Positions 8,557-17,930 of a stretch of DNA of 32,000 bases are shown in pieces. The notes below the pieces were generated by a model. It saw only the letters and a list, made by a program, of their open reading frames with translations. It did not search any database and was not told where the DNA came from. Every line of letters begins with the position of its first letter. Within the stretch, counting starts at the first letter, position 1. The position numbers and the translations under genes were made by a program. The stretch is from NCBI GenBank assembly GCA_965219065.1, contig OZ244715.1:123939-155938 (forward strand). Direction: 5' to 3'. Origin of the DNA: Dehalococcoidia bacterium. GTDB taxonomy: Bacteria; Chloroflexota; Dehalococcoidia; Lucifugimonadales; Lucifugimonadaceae.

Positions 8557-9486
8557 TCAGGCGAAGCTGGGTATCACATCGTCTACAAACAGCTTCATCT
8601 CGGTCAAGTCCTGAAAGTCGTTGAAGTAGGTCATGACCATGTCAAAACCCAGCTCCCGAAGTTCAGCGTATTGCTCACGTACAGATACGGGGTCACCAGC
8701 GACGACTACCGAATCCGACGAACGTCTCGTGGCGGCCCGTTCCAAAGCCCTCGAATGTTTTCGGTCGATGAACGTCCCGATTGAGATCGACTTGCGGATC
8801 GAGTGAAAATCGCGGCCGGTTTCATCGCAGTGCTTTTTTAGAACGTTCAGCTTGTGTTGCAGTTCCGCGACCGGCCGGGCTACATCGTTCCACCAATCGG
8901 CGTGTTTGGCGACCACCCGCAGCGTCTTCCTTTCTCCTGCGCCACCGATCATTATCGGCGGCATCGGATTTGGCAGGGGTTCGGCGTGGGCGTTGTTCAC
9001 CGAGTAGTAGCGTCCCGTAAAACTGGCCGGAGACTCCGACCAGAGCGTCTTTATCACCTTGATCGCCTCTTCCATGCGGTCGATTCGTTCGCCGGGTCTA
9101 AACAGTTCGAGTCCGAAGGCACTGTGCTCTCCCTCATGCCAGCCCGCTCCGTACCCGAGCGCGAACCTGCCACCGCTCAGTTCTTGCAACGTGGCGCCCA
9201 TCTTTGCGACAACCGACGGGTGCCGGAACGTGTTGCTCATCACCAGCGTGCTTAGACCCACGTCCGGGTAGCGGGCCGCGATCCAAGTAAGCAAAGTCCA
9301 GCACTCCAGCCGCCATTCCGACGAGTAGTTCAGATGGTCGGCCACCCAGATTGACTTGAAACCCTGCGTAGCCACGTCGAGGGCCGACTTCAAGTCGGAC
9401 ATGTACTCCTGCGGCCGGATCGTCTCTCGCCCACGATCTCCCGAAGGGGGGTTGTATCCGAATTCGATTTGCCGGGACGTTGCCAT
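8557..9486 (-). CDS. LLM-class (luciferase-like) flavin/F420-dependent oxidoreductase
   Basis: 310 aa from MATSRQIEFGY. It has SIWVADHL and LGYGAGWHEGEH. ATG 9486 has a GGAGA SD 8 nt upstream; the 405-aa extension is rejected. Confidence 0.85.
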   Translation of the reverse strand: MATSRQIEFGYNPPSGDRGRETIRPQEYMSDLKSALDVATQGFKSIWVADHLNYSSEWRLECWTLLTWIAARYPDVGLSTLVMSNTFRHPSVVAKMGATLQELSGGRFALGYGAGWHEGEHSAFGLELFRPGERIDRMEEAIKVIKTLWSESPASFTGRYYSVNNAHAEPLPNPMPPIMIGGAGERKTLRVVAKHADWWNDVARPVAELQHKLNVLKKHCDETGRDFHSIRKSISIGTFIDRKHSRALERAATRRSSDSVVVAGDPVSVREQYAELRELGFDMVMTYFNDFQDLTEMKLFVDDVIPSFA

Positions 9487-9540
9487 GTGACTGTCTCCAG
9501 AGACTGATGTAGCGGGCATGGTAACCCGTAGATCAGTCAC
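9487..9540 (-). promoter_or_regulatory. mutually exclusive inverted repeats abutting the LLM start codon (possible operator or translational switch)
   Basis: GTGACTG (9487..9493), GACTGAT (9502..9508) and ATCAGTCAC (9532..9540). The right arm can pair with either left arm, and one pairing encloses the SD. Confidence 0.3.
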
Positions 9541-9666
9541 CGCGGGTCGTCTACCATGCCGGTGGATTGCGGTACGCTGAACCGAATGACGGATTGAGAA
9601 AGTACTTCCCGGTCCTGATGATGAATACGCTAGTCGCAGCCGTCTTTCGTTAAAGGAGAAACCGAC

Positions 9667-10767
9667 TTGATTTTCGATGCACACGCCTACTGTTTCCCGC
9701 CGCTGGGCGGCGACGGCGGATTTGACGACCCAGAAGAATTTCGAAGTCATCTTCAGTTCGCGACGGCGCATCATCTACAACCGGCCTGGAGGTCAAGTGA
9801 CAGAAAGCCAGGTGATTCGAACGCACTGTTCAGATCAGAGAACTGGCCATCCCTGGATTCACTTAAGGACGCAGGTTTTCACGCGGCGGGCCACGGACGA
9901 TTCGAGTGGAAAGATGGCGAAGACACCTACGTCAAGCAGTGGTTGCCACCGTCGGTTACCGATATGTCGTATCCGGCCGACCGGCTGGTCGCCGAGATGG
10001 ACTACGCAAACGTGGACATGGCGCTGCTGCACCGTACTCCGTACCTCGGTATGGGCAACGAGTTCCTTGCCGAATGCGTGAGGCAATACCCCGACCGGCT
10101 TCGGGCATTGGCCCACGCGCCGGAGTGGCTAGTCCCCGCCGACCCCCTGACTGAGGCGTCCAGGATAATTTCTGCTGTCAACGAACATGGCATGTCGGGG
10201 ATTCAGTTCTTGCCGCCGCAGATGGACCTCTACAACGACGCGGGCACGTGGGACAGGGACGAATTTCTCCCATTTTGGGACGCTTTGGTCGACGCCGGCG
10301 TACCTATTTTTTTCTCGTTGAAGGCGAGGCGGACGCCTCTCGTGGATAGCTACATGGCTGAACACGCCACCCTGCGGCGATGGTTGAAGCGCTATTCCGA
10401 TGCCACAGTCGTGTTGACGCATGGACTTTTCTGGGGGGCGTGGGCGCATCCGGACTCGCTGCAAGTGCCGGAAGAGTTGTGGACCACGTTCGAGGGCAAC
10501 GACATGGGATTCCAGATAATGTTTCCCATTGGGCTCGGGGCGACCTACGATTACCCGATACCGCAATCTCACCAAGTACTCAAGACCAGCGTCGAAAGAG
10601 TCGGAATCGAACGCCTCATGTGGGGCACCGATATGCCGATGGTTATGCGGCACTTGTCCTACCGGCAGAATATCTCACACATAAGGGACTACTGCGACTT
10701 CCTGAGCCCGAGCGATATGGAGATGCTGTTCGGCGGTACGGTCCAAAGGTATTTGAAACGGAGCTAG
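9667..10767 (+). CDS. amidohydrolase-2 family protein (ACMSD/LigI-like hydrolase, decarboxylase or lactonase)
   Basis: 366 aa. The TTG start has an AGGAGA SD 8 nt upstream. It has N-terminal IFDAHAY, C-terminal MWGTDMP and a TIM-barrel pattern. Confidence 0.85.
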   Translation: MIFDAHAYCFPPLGGDGGFDDPEEFRSHLQFATAHHLQPAWRSSDRKPGDSNALFRSENWPSLDSLKDAGFHAAGHGRFEWKDGEDTYVKQWLPPSVTDMSYPADRLVAEMDYANVDMALLHRTPYLGMGNEFLAECVRQYPDRLRALAHAPEWLVPADPLTEASRIISAVNEHGMSGIQFLPPQMDLYNDAGTWDRDEFLPFWDALVDAGVPIFFSLKARRTPLVDSYMAEHATLRRWLKRYSDATVVLTHGLFWGAWAHPDSLQVPEELWTTFEGNDMGFQIMFPIGLGATYDYPIPQSHQVLKTSVERVGIERLMWGTDMPMVMRHLSYRQNISHIRDYCDFLSPSDMEMLFGGTVQRYLKRS

Positions 10768-10934
10768 CCCTCGTCTGGCCGCCAGGACTCCGAAGCCGCG
10801 TTGCGCATCGTCTGTCGGAGACAATGACCGCGACGCCCGGAGGTCAGATCCGCGCAATGCCGGCAATCGGCTAAAAAGACTTTGGCGGCGACCGTATCCG
10901 CGCCGGCTCCGCCCGGAAGGTTGATCGTTACTCC

Positions 10935-11858
10935 ATGCAAGCAGGAATCAAACTCCCTCAATTTGGCGCCAACGCCAACGCAGACGAGATGAGCCGGTGG
11001 GCCGTGTTCGCCGAAACGGTCGGCTACCACTTCGTCCTGACCGGCGACCACATAGCCCTGACACCGGAGGTCCAACAGGACTACCCGGCGCCATACTACG
11101 AACCCTTCACCACTATGGCCTGGCTGGCCGGTCAGACGACGACCATTCGCCTCGGATTTACCGTCATCGTCGTGCCTTACCGCCATCCAGCCCAACTGGC
11201 GCATATGGGAGCGACGCTCGATGACCTTAGCGGCGGCCGGTTGATATTTGGCGTGGGTTCAGGGTGGGCCGGTTCGGAATTCGATGCGCTTGGTATTCCG
11301 TTCGAAGCGCGTGGGCGCATGACCGACGAATACCTGGCGGCCATGATCGAACTCTGGACGAACGAAAATGCGTCCTTTGACGGCGAGTTTGTCTCGTTCA
11401 AGGATGTAACCACGTCACCCGGCCCTGTTCAGAAGCCCTACCCTCCGATCTGGGTCGGAGGCAGTAGCACGGCCGCCATGAGAAGAGCGGTGAAGTTCGG
11501 AGATGCGTGGCACCCGATAGGTGCACGTGTCGACTGGCTACGGGATCGAGGACTACCCCGCTTGACGCGCATCGCAGAAGAGGCGGGTAGGGCGACGCCA
11601 TCACTTGCGCCTCGAATCTACTGCCGCCTCACCGACAGCCCGATTCCCGACGACCAACGGGTCGCCGGTGAAGGGACTCTCGATCAGGTGAAGCGAGATA
11701 TCCACGAACTCCAGGAACTCGGCGCCACCCACGTCCATCTCGATACCAAGCGCAACAGCCTGACCGCCGACTCGACGCGCCATCGCGACGAAGCGTTCAC
11801 TGCCCTGTCTGTCTTGGCCGAAAAGGTGTTCGATCTGGAGTCGGAGGGCCTCAGATGA
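10935..11858 (+). CDS. LLM-class F420/flavin-dependent oxidoreductase
   Basis: 307 aa. It has VLTGDHIA, FGVGSGW and PPIWVGGSS motifs. Confidence 0.9.
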   Translation: MQAGIKLPQFGANANADEMSRWAVFAETVGYHFVLTGDHIALTPEVQQDYPAPYYEPFTTMAWLAGQTTTIRLGFTVIVVPYRHPAQLAHMGATLDDLSGGRLIFGVGSGWAGSEFDALGIPFEARGRMTDEYLAAMIELWTNENASFDGEFVSFKDVTTSPGPVQKPYPPIWVGGSSTAAMRRAVKFGDAWHPIGARVDWLRDRGLPRLTRIAEEAGRATPSLAPRIYCRLTDSPIPDDQRVAGEGTLDQVKRDIHELQELGATHVHLDTKRNSLTADSTRHRDEAFTALSVLAEKVFDLESEGLR

Positions 11859-11966
11859 GACCAACCTGCCAATTGCCGAACATGGTCGTGATCGTCGATT
11901 TCGCATAGGCGGTCTTCGCTCCGTGTAGACTGCCGGTCAGTTCAGACTGGCAATTCGGAGGACCAA

Positions 11967-12863
11967 ATGCGTTTCGCATTCATTGATGACTACCGACCCG
12001 CGGTGGTGACAGACCGCGGCGTCGTTGACGTGTCTCACGTTCTCGATTCGATCCCAAAGCTTGAAGCGCAGGACCTGCTCGAAGGGCTCGTGCAGCGGTT
12101 TGATGAGTTCCGGACATTGCTTGAAGAAGCGGCCGCCACCGGTGAGGCGACTCCTGTCGATCAGGTTCGATTCCGGCCGCCCGTTCCGCGACCAGGGAAG
12201 ATGGTGTGCATGGCGGGCAACTACCTGGAAGGCGGGACCATCCCGCGAGCGTACGACGTAGATGCGTTCCTCAAGGCGCCCAGTTCTGTCGTTGGCGATG
12301 GCGACACCGTTGTCTTGCCAAACGTGCCAGCCACGGTTTTTAACCATGAAGCTGAACTCGGTGTGGTTATCGGCAAGGAGATGAAGAACGTCGATGCGAC
12401 GATGGCGTTGGACCACGTTTTCGGCTACCTGAACTTCATGGATGTCTCAGCGAGGGGTATCACACCCAACGGGAATAACAGTTTTTGGTGGCAGAAATCG
12501 TGGGACACGTTCGGCCCCATCGGGCCCTGGATAGTGACCGCCGACGAGATCGCGAACACCCAGAAACTACAGATACGCCTCTGGAACGACGGAGACCTCA
12601 GGCACGACTTCAATACTTCCGACATGGCGAGGTCGGTCGCCGAAGTTCTCGAGTGGGTGTCGACCGAATCGACTTTGTACCCCGGCGACATTGTTGCTAC
12701 GGGGACCAACCACCTCGGCCTGGGACCGATGCAAGACGGCGAAACGGTGGTCCTGGAGGTTGAGGGGCTCGGACGCTTGAGCGTCAAGGTGAGTGACGCC
12801 TACGGCAGAACGTGGGTGCGTGAGACGGTGGCCGAGCAGGAAGCCCGTGAGGGTGGGCATTGA
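11967..12863 (+). CDS. fumarylacetoacetate hydrolase (FAH) family protein
   Basis: 298 aa with a GGAGG SD. It has HEAELGVVIGK, DVSAR and GDIVATGT, the hallmark FAH motifs. Confidence 0.9.
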   Translation: MRFAFIDDYRPAVVTDRGVVDVSHVLDSIPKLEAQDLLEGLVQRFDEFRTLLEEAAATGEATPVDQVRFRPPVPRPGKMVCMAGNYLEGGTIPRAYDVDAFLKAPSSVVGDGDTVVLPNVPATVFNHEAELGVVIGKEMKNVDATMALDHVFGYLNFMDVSARGITPNGNNSFWWQKSWDTFGPIGPWIVTADEIANTQKLQIRLWNDGDLRHDFNTSDMARSVAEVLEWVSTESTLYPGDIVATGTNHLGLGPMQDGETVVLEVEGLGRLSVKVSDAYGRTWVRETVAEQEAREGGH

Positions 12864-12878
12864 CCGGGGTGTTCTGAA

Positions 12879-13724
12879 ATGGCGATGAAGCTGTCCCTGT
12901 CGACCCGGGTCGCCGAATCGCCAGGTCAAAAAGAGATCGCGCTGGTCGGCTTGCCGGATTTGGTTGGCATGGCCCGCAATGCCGGATATCACGCGCTTTG
13001 CATGCGGGCGTCGCAGGTCGGAGTACAACACAGTTCGGCTGAGCAAACGGCGGCCAGACAAACAGCGGCGGATCTGGTCGTTTCGATGGTCACGGGGGAT
13101 TTCGATATTCCCGTGAACAACGATCGCGCCCAAATGGCCCTTCGCAACATCACACCGCACCTCGACCTCGCTGAAAATTTGGGATCTGACCTTATCCGCA
13201 TCGGCATGAAAGCAGCGACGGACATCGAATGGGCAAAATCGGCGTCGGACGAAGCGGCCGAAAGGAGGATCAGGCTGGCGCACCAGTGCCACACATGCAC
13301 CCTTTTCGAGACGGTCAGCTTGTCTGTCGAGATTTTGCGGCAAGTCGACCGGCCTAACTTCGGCGTGATCTATGAGCCCGCGAATCTACTTGTATGCGGC
13401 CAGGACTACGGTAGGGCGACGCTGGAGGCTCTCCAACCCTGGCTCATGAACGTGTATCTCCAGAACATGCGCGTTCATGGCGAAGGCCGGCAGGTGATCG
13501 AAACGTGGATCAACGGTCCGGTGAAGTTCGATCTCGTGCCGTTTGGCCACCCAAAGGGGATCGACTTCCGGCCCATCCTCGAGGATTTGTCGGAACTCGG
13601 GTACGCGGAGTACGTGACGGTACACCACAACGTCGCCGACGGGATGGACGTCGAGGAGGGCGTCCGTTCATTTGCGACGTACCTGCGGGAGCGGGGGGAC
13701 TTCGAACCGGGCCCCGGACACTGA
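12879..13724 (+). CDS. sugar phosphate isomerase/epimerase (xylose isomerase-like TIM barrel)
   Basis: 281 aa. It has IRLAHQCH, YEPANLL and VTVHHN, consistent with AP endonuclease 2/xylose isomerase-like barrels. Confidence 0.8.
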   Translation: MAMKLSLSTRVAESPGQKEIALVGLPDLVGMARNAGYHALCMRASQVGVQHSSAEQTAARQTAADLVVSMVTGDFDIPVNNDRAQMALRNITPHLDLAENLGSDLIRIGMKAATDIEWAKSASDEAAERRIRLAHQCHTCTLFETVSLSVEILRQVDRPNFGVIYEPANLLVCGQDYGRATLEALQPWLMNVYLQNMRVHGEGRQVIETWINGPVKFDLVPFGHPKGIDFRPILEDLSELGYAEYVTVHHNVADGMDVEEGVRSFATYLRERGDFEPGPGH

Positions 13725-13806
13725 TTAACCGACGACCGATCGAACGAGCTTCCATGGAACCCCTTTTCGCGGCCTGTTCACGGGGGGTGGACCGACCGTC
13801 GGCTAC

Positions 13807-13835
13807 TTGTAAAAGTTACGCGGCAGTGGTTAGAT
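13807..13835 (+). promoter_or_regulatory. candidate promoter upstream of the SBP gene
   Basis: TTGTAA (13807..13812), a 17-nt spacer, then TTAGAT (13830..13835), in an AT-richer patch. Confidence 0.3.
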
Positions 13836-13952
13836 TCTTGTATTCCACATAAGCGGTGCCATATGAATACGAAAGTCGTCTTGTTTGAGCGTGGATTTAC
13901 GACAAGGGTTACGCGGGCCGCGGCCCATGTGAGAAAGCGAAAGAAGGTCTCA

Positions 13953-15860
13953 ATGAAAAAAACGACACGAAAACGGTCGCTGGCCCTATTGGGTCTGATC
14001 GCCCTCGCCCTTGGGGCGCTGATTATTTCGGCCTGCGGTGGGGAGGCTGAGGCGCCCCAGGCGCCGAAACAGCCCGCCGAGCCGCAGCAACCCGCCCCTG
14101 CCGCAACAGCCATGCCTGCTGCAACGGCTATGCCGGCTGCGACCGCTGCCCCTGCGTTGATTCCGACGCTGGTTCCCACGCCTACGGTGTCAGCCGCCCC
14201 CACGGCGGTTGCCGCGACAGCAGTGATGAGGACGGCAGAAGGTCCCTCAGGGACATTGACCGTGGCATTGCCCTCAGTGGGGGCGCCCATTTTCGTCAAT
14301 TCCCTTGCGCCTTATCCTCGCGGAATATTCCGGGCGGACTGGGGTATGTGCGAGAGCCTCGCCTCAGTGGCGGTTGACGATGCGCAGCAAGTTGTATCCC
14401 AATTGGCGAAGTCCTGGGAGATAGCGTCCGACGCGAGTTCCATGACCTTCCATCTGACGGAAGGCGTTGAATTCCACAAGGGCTGGGGCGAGATGACGGC
14501 CGATGACGTGGTCTTCAGCTACAACAATGCCGGTGTAGACAATCCGGAAAGCACCGCCGGCGGAGGCGCGGGCCTTTTGACGACATGGGATCCATGGGTT
14601 GTCGCAAGCAAATATGAAGTCTTTGCACCGTTCGATACGCCGGAGCCGTTGCCGACGCGATGGGGCTGGATCCACGGCGGCGAAAGTTCGGGTCAGTGCA
14701 TCCTCAGCAAAGACGTTTACGACTTTAACGGCGAGGAAGCAGCGGTAACTACGTTGGTGGCCACCGGCCCCTGGGACCCCCAAGTGTGGACGGCGGGTGT
14801 CGAGCTTCGGGCCGACGCTGTTCTTGACCACTGGCGGGTCACTCCTGGATTTGCTGAACTGCGCATGTTGGAGGTTCCGGAAGAACAGACGCGCGTGGCG
14901 ATGATGGAGACCGGACAGGCCGACATCGTCGAAGCATCGCTCAAGAACGTGAAGATTCTGAACGAAAAAGGCTTTGAGGTTAACGACACTCTCAACAACT
15001 TCTTCCACGCCGCAGTGTTCGTTGGCGGTAACTTCTGGTACGACCCGGAAGTCCACACACTCGGCGGCGAGGCTGTGAATCTGCGGCCAGGATTCAAGCC
15101 GGACGATGAACACCCATGGATCGGCAATCCCCGGGACGCCGAGCGGCACGAACGCGCCCGAAAAGTCCGCGTGGCGATGTCGATGGCCCTGGATCGCGAG
15201 GCTATTGCGGAGACGATCCTCGGTGGCCTGGCGCCTGTTTCGTACATTCCGGGAATCCCGATTACGGCGCCCGAGTGGGACGACCGGTGGGTTGTGCCGT
15301 TCGACCCCGACGGCGCAAAGGCCCTGCTTGCGGAAGCGGGCTATGCGGACGGTTTCGAATTCGACTTCTGGATTCCGAACGACTTCCCAAGCGTGGACGT
15401 CGAGGTAGCTCTGGCTATAGTCGCCATGTGGGAAAACATCGGCATCCGTGCCAATCCCAACACGATCGCCTATACCGCAGGGCGACCTAACCTGATGACC
15501 AAGGAGCAGGACGCGCCCTGGATGTGGTTCATGGTCGGTGACGGCATCAACTACGCCAGCGGTCACATTCGGACCGCTACGTACCTTTCCCACGGTGTGG
15601 GCTGGAACGGCGCGGTAGAGATTCCGGAACTAGAGAACTTCCAAAACCGCTGGGCAACCCTTACAGGCGACCGTGCGGCACAACTTGAGATCTGGTACGA
15701 ACGCGCCGATTGGCTGAAAGAATGGATGCCGTTCATTACGGTCGCCGACATACCCAAGCTGTGGGTCACGAACCCCGACACGATTACCGGTTGGAAAATG
15801 TTCGAGCACATCGAGCCGGGAACCGTCAACAACCTCGAGACCGCACAGCCGGTGAAGTAA
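13953..15860 (+). CDS. ABC transporter substrate-binding lipoprotein, family 5 (peptide/nickel/opine type)
   Basis: MKKTTRKRSLALLGLIALALGALIISAC is a signal peptide with a lipobox. A Pro/Ala-rich linker follows, then an SBP_bac_5-like body. The 13863 upstream start is rejected. Confidence 0.9.
   Translation: MKKTTRKRSLALLGLIALALGALIISACGGEAEAPQAPKQPAEPQQPAPAATAMPAATAMPAATAAPALIPTLVPTPTVSAAPTAVAATAVMRTAEGPSGTLTVALPSVGAPIFVNSLAPYPRGIFRADWGMCESLASVAVDDAQQVVSQLAKSWEIASDASSMTFHLTEGVEFHKGWGEMTADDVVFSYNNAGVDNPESTAGGGAGLLTTWDPWVVASKYEVFAPFDTPEPLPTRWGWIHGGESSGQCILSKDVYDFNGEEAAVTTLVATGPWDPQVWTAGVELRADAVLDHWRVTPGFAELRMLEVPEEQTRVAMMETGQADIVEASLKNVKILNEKGFEVNDTLNNFFHAAVFVGGNFWYDPEVHTLGGEAVNLRPGFKPDDEHPWIGNPRDAERHERARKVRVAMSMALDREAIAETILGGLAPVSYIPGIPITAPEWDDRWVVPFDPDGAKALLAEAGYADGFEFDFWIPNDFPSVDVEVALAIVAMWENIGIRANPNTIAYTAGRPNLMTKEQDAPWMWFMVGDGINYASGHIRTATYLSHGVGWNGAVEIPELENFQNRWATLTGDRAAQLEIWYERADWLKEWMPFITVADIPKLWVTNPDTITGWKMFEHIEPGTVNNLETAQPVK
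14103..14156 (+). repeat. in-frame 18-nt tandem repeat (3 units) in the SBP linker
   Basis: gcaacagccatgcctgct / gcaacggctatgccggct / gcgaccgctgcccctgcg encode ATAMPA, ATAMPA and ATAAPA. Confidence 0.8.
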
Positions 15861-15913
15861 CTCATGATTTGACTGGCGGAGAAGCGTAACCCCTTTCCTC
15901 CAGTCAACATACA

Positions 15914-15960
15914 AAGAAGGGCCGGAGGAGTGTTTCCAGACTCTTTCGGCCCCTTTGTTA
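15914..15960 (+). terminator. imperfect long hairpin plus T-rich tail after the SBP gene (attenuator or partial terminator)
   Basis: AAGGGCCGGAGGAGT..loop..ACTCTTTCGGCCCCTT followed by TGTT. This is the typical position for SBP/permease expression decoupling. Confidence 0.4.
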
Positions 15961-16049
15961 TGTTCATGTTGTAGCCTATCCAACCAGTTGCAGATCGGCG
16001 GCGCCAAGAGTCGCTGAACAATGTAAGCGTGGTTTTGCAGGTTTAGTTC

Positions 16050-16967
16050 ATGACCAAATTCCTGCTTGGAAGAGCGTTGGCGGCGCTCTTCGCCCTGTTT
16101 GCGGCAACGATCCTCGTGTTCGGCATGTCCCGGTTGACCGGGGACCCGCGTGAGCAGTTCCTGACGGTCGAGACCACTCAGGAGAACTGGGATGCCTGGG
16201 GGGAGAAGTTCGGCCTTAACAAGCCGTTGATCCTCCAGTACTTCATCTGGGTCGGCAAGTCGTTCACTCTGGACATGGGCACGTCGTTGAACCAGGCGCA
16301 GCCGGTCTGGGACTTGGTGAAGGGGCGACTGTGGGCCACCAGCGAACTTGCGCTTACGGGATGGGGTCTGTCAGTGGCGATTGGGGTCCCGTTGGGCGCG
16401 TTATCTGCGGTCAAGCGAGGCTCGATTTACGACTACGTGGCCCGTGGATTCGCACTATTCGGCCAGGCGCTTCCGCCGTTTTGGCTCGGTGTGGTGTTGA
16501 TCCTGGTATTCGCCGTCTTTCTCGAGTGGCTGCCGGCCGGCACGCGGAATACTCCGTTGAATCTGATCATGCCGGCTCTTACCTTGGCCCTGATCAATGC
16601 TTCGAGCAATTTGCGCATCACGCGATCAGCAATGCTTGAGGTTCTGGATTCGGAGTTCGTAAAGATGGCGCGGGCCAAGGGTGTGGGCGGGCGTATGGTC
16701 ATTTGGAAACACGCCTTCAGAAACGCCCTGATAGCGCCGCTGACGAACGCGGGGTTGTTGTTGGCCGGTTTTCTGGCCGGCACAGTGGTCACGGAGACCG
16801 TGTTCGCCTGGCCGGGACTGGGGAGGCTGGCGGTCGACGCAGTACGCACCAACGACTTTCCGGTCATCTCCGGCCTCACGCTGGTCTTCACCGTGTTTTA
16901 CGTGTGCGCCAATCTGATCATCGACATGATTTACGGTCTTGTCGATCCGCGGATCAGGATTTCCTGA
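16050..16967 (+). CDS. ABC transporter permease (DppB/OppB-like)
   Basis: 305 aa, multi-TM, with the EAA-like region RITRSAMLEVLDSEFVKMARAKG. Confidence 0.92.
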   Translation: MTKFLLGRALAALFALFAATILVFGMSRLTGDPREQFLTVETTQENWDAWGEKFGLNKPLILQYFIWVGKSFTLDMGTSLNQAQPVWDLVKGRLWATSELALTGWGLSVAIGVPLGALSAVKRGSIYDYVARGFALFGQALPPFWLGVVLILVFAVFLEWLPAGTRNTPLNLIMPALTLALINASSNLRITRSAMLEVLDSEFVKMARAKGVGGRMVIWKHAFRNALIAPLTNAGLLLAGFLAGTVVTETVFAWPGLGRLAVDAVRTNDFPVISGLTLVFTVFYVCANLIIDMIYGLVDPRIRIS

Positions 16968-16976
16968 GCAGATTCC

Positions 16977-17879
16977 ATGGTCGAGTTGACGGATACGGCA
17001 ATGCGGGAAACCGATGACCTCAATCCCTCGCGGTCGAGGGTCATGTACGCCCTTCGCCGCTGGCCGATCTTTCCGATGGCGGTACTGGTAGTGCTGCTCG
17101 TTACCGGTGTTTTCGCTCCCTGGATCGCTCCACAGGATCCGAATTTCACCGCTCTACGGGATCGCAACGCGCCTCCGTTCTGGATGGAAGGGGGCAGCCT
17201 GGATCACATCCTCGGCGCCGATCCGCTTGGCAGGGATCTGCTGAGCCGCGTTATCTACGGCGCAAGAATCTCCCTGTTGGTGGCGGTGGTTTCTATAGGG
17301 GCCGGACTGCTGGTCGGTGTGTCGTCAGGGCTCGTGTCCGGCTACTTCGGCGGCCTGATGGACGAATTCATCATGCGGATGGCCGACGTTTCACGCGCCG
17401 TGCCATACATATTGATTGCTCTCGTTGTGGCGATCGTTTTTGGCAGACGAATCGAAGTGATCCTCGGGATCCTCGCTTTCGCGACCTGGCCGGTCTTCGC
17501 CCGCCAGGTCCGTGGAGAAGTACTCGTCCTGAAGGAGACGGACTACGTCGCGATGGCCAAGGTCGCGGGAGGGTCGTCCGCCCGCATAATTGTCCGGCAC
17601 ATCTTTCCCGGCGTCATAAACATCGTTACGGTCATCGCAACGTTGCAAGTCGGAGCGTTGATACTCACCGAGGCGATTCTCAGTTTTCTGGGCGCCGGCA
17701 TAGCGCCTCCCACCCCGGCATGGGGAGTGATGATCGCCGACGGCCAGGACTATCTCAGGGAGGCGTGGTGGGTGTCTTTCTTCCCCGGTATGGCTATCGT
17801 GCTGACGGTTCTGGGCCTCAACTTCATGGGTGATTGGCTGAGGGACTACCTTGACCCAAGGCTGCGGCAACTGGAGTGA
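16977..17879 (+). CDS. ABC transporter permease (DppC/OppC-like)
   Basis: 300 aa. It has HILGADPLGRDLLSRVIYGARISL and the EAA-like region VRGEVLVLKETDYVAMAKVAG. Confidence 0.92.
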   Translation: MVELTDTAMRETDDLNPSRSRVMYALRRWPIFPMAVLVVLLVTGVFAPWIAPQDPNFTALRDRNAPPFWMEGGSLDHILGADPLGRDLLSRVIYGARISLLVAVVSIGAGLLVGVSSGLVSGYFGGLMDEFIMRMADVSRAVPYILIALVVAIVFGRRIEVILGILAFATWPVFARQVRGEVLVLKETDYVAMAKVAGGSSARIIVRHIFPGVINIVTVIATLQVGALILTEAILSFLGAGIAPPTPAWGVMIADGQDYLREAWWVSFFPGMAIVLTVLGLNFMGDWLRDYLDPRLRQLE

Positions 17880-17930
17880 CCCGACTGGGTCCTGTCACTT
17901 ACACCCGCCGCCGATTTATTCGAAGCTTTA

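Noticed and set aside
8557-9774. Long N-terminal extensions of track ORFs (405-aa LLM form; also 7140.. for the PLP enzyme, 13863.. for the SBP, 6406.. for the aldolase, 18176.. for the AKR)
   Set aside because: The internal starts have good SD sequences and give N-termini that match the family norm. The extensions overlap neighbouring genes or intergenic promoters and are compositionally non-coding.
13693-13715. tRNA T-arm-like sequence (the minus strand reads GGTTCGAAGTCC)
   Set aside because: The flanking bases cannot form a T-stem or an acceptor stem. It also lies inside the well-supported isomerase CDS.
14364-15593. 409-aa ORF antisense to the SBP gene, plus other long shadow ORFs (5247..6260, 12567..13343, 6490..7287, 28522..29301, 27610..28164)
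   Set aside because: They are Arg/Pro/Gly-rich and have no recognisable motifs. Each lies fully inside or opposite a gene with clear homology-type motifs and proper GC3 bias. This is typical stop-codon-poor shadow framing in high-GC DNA.
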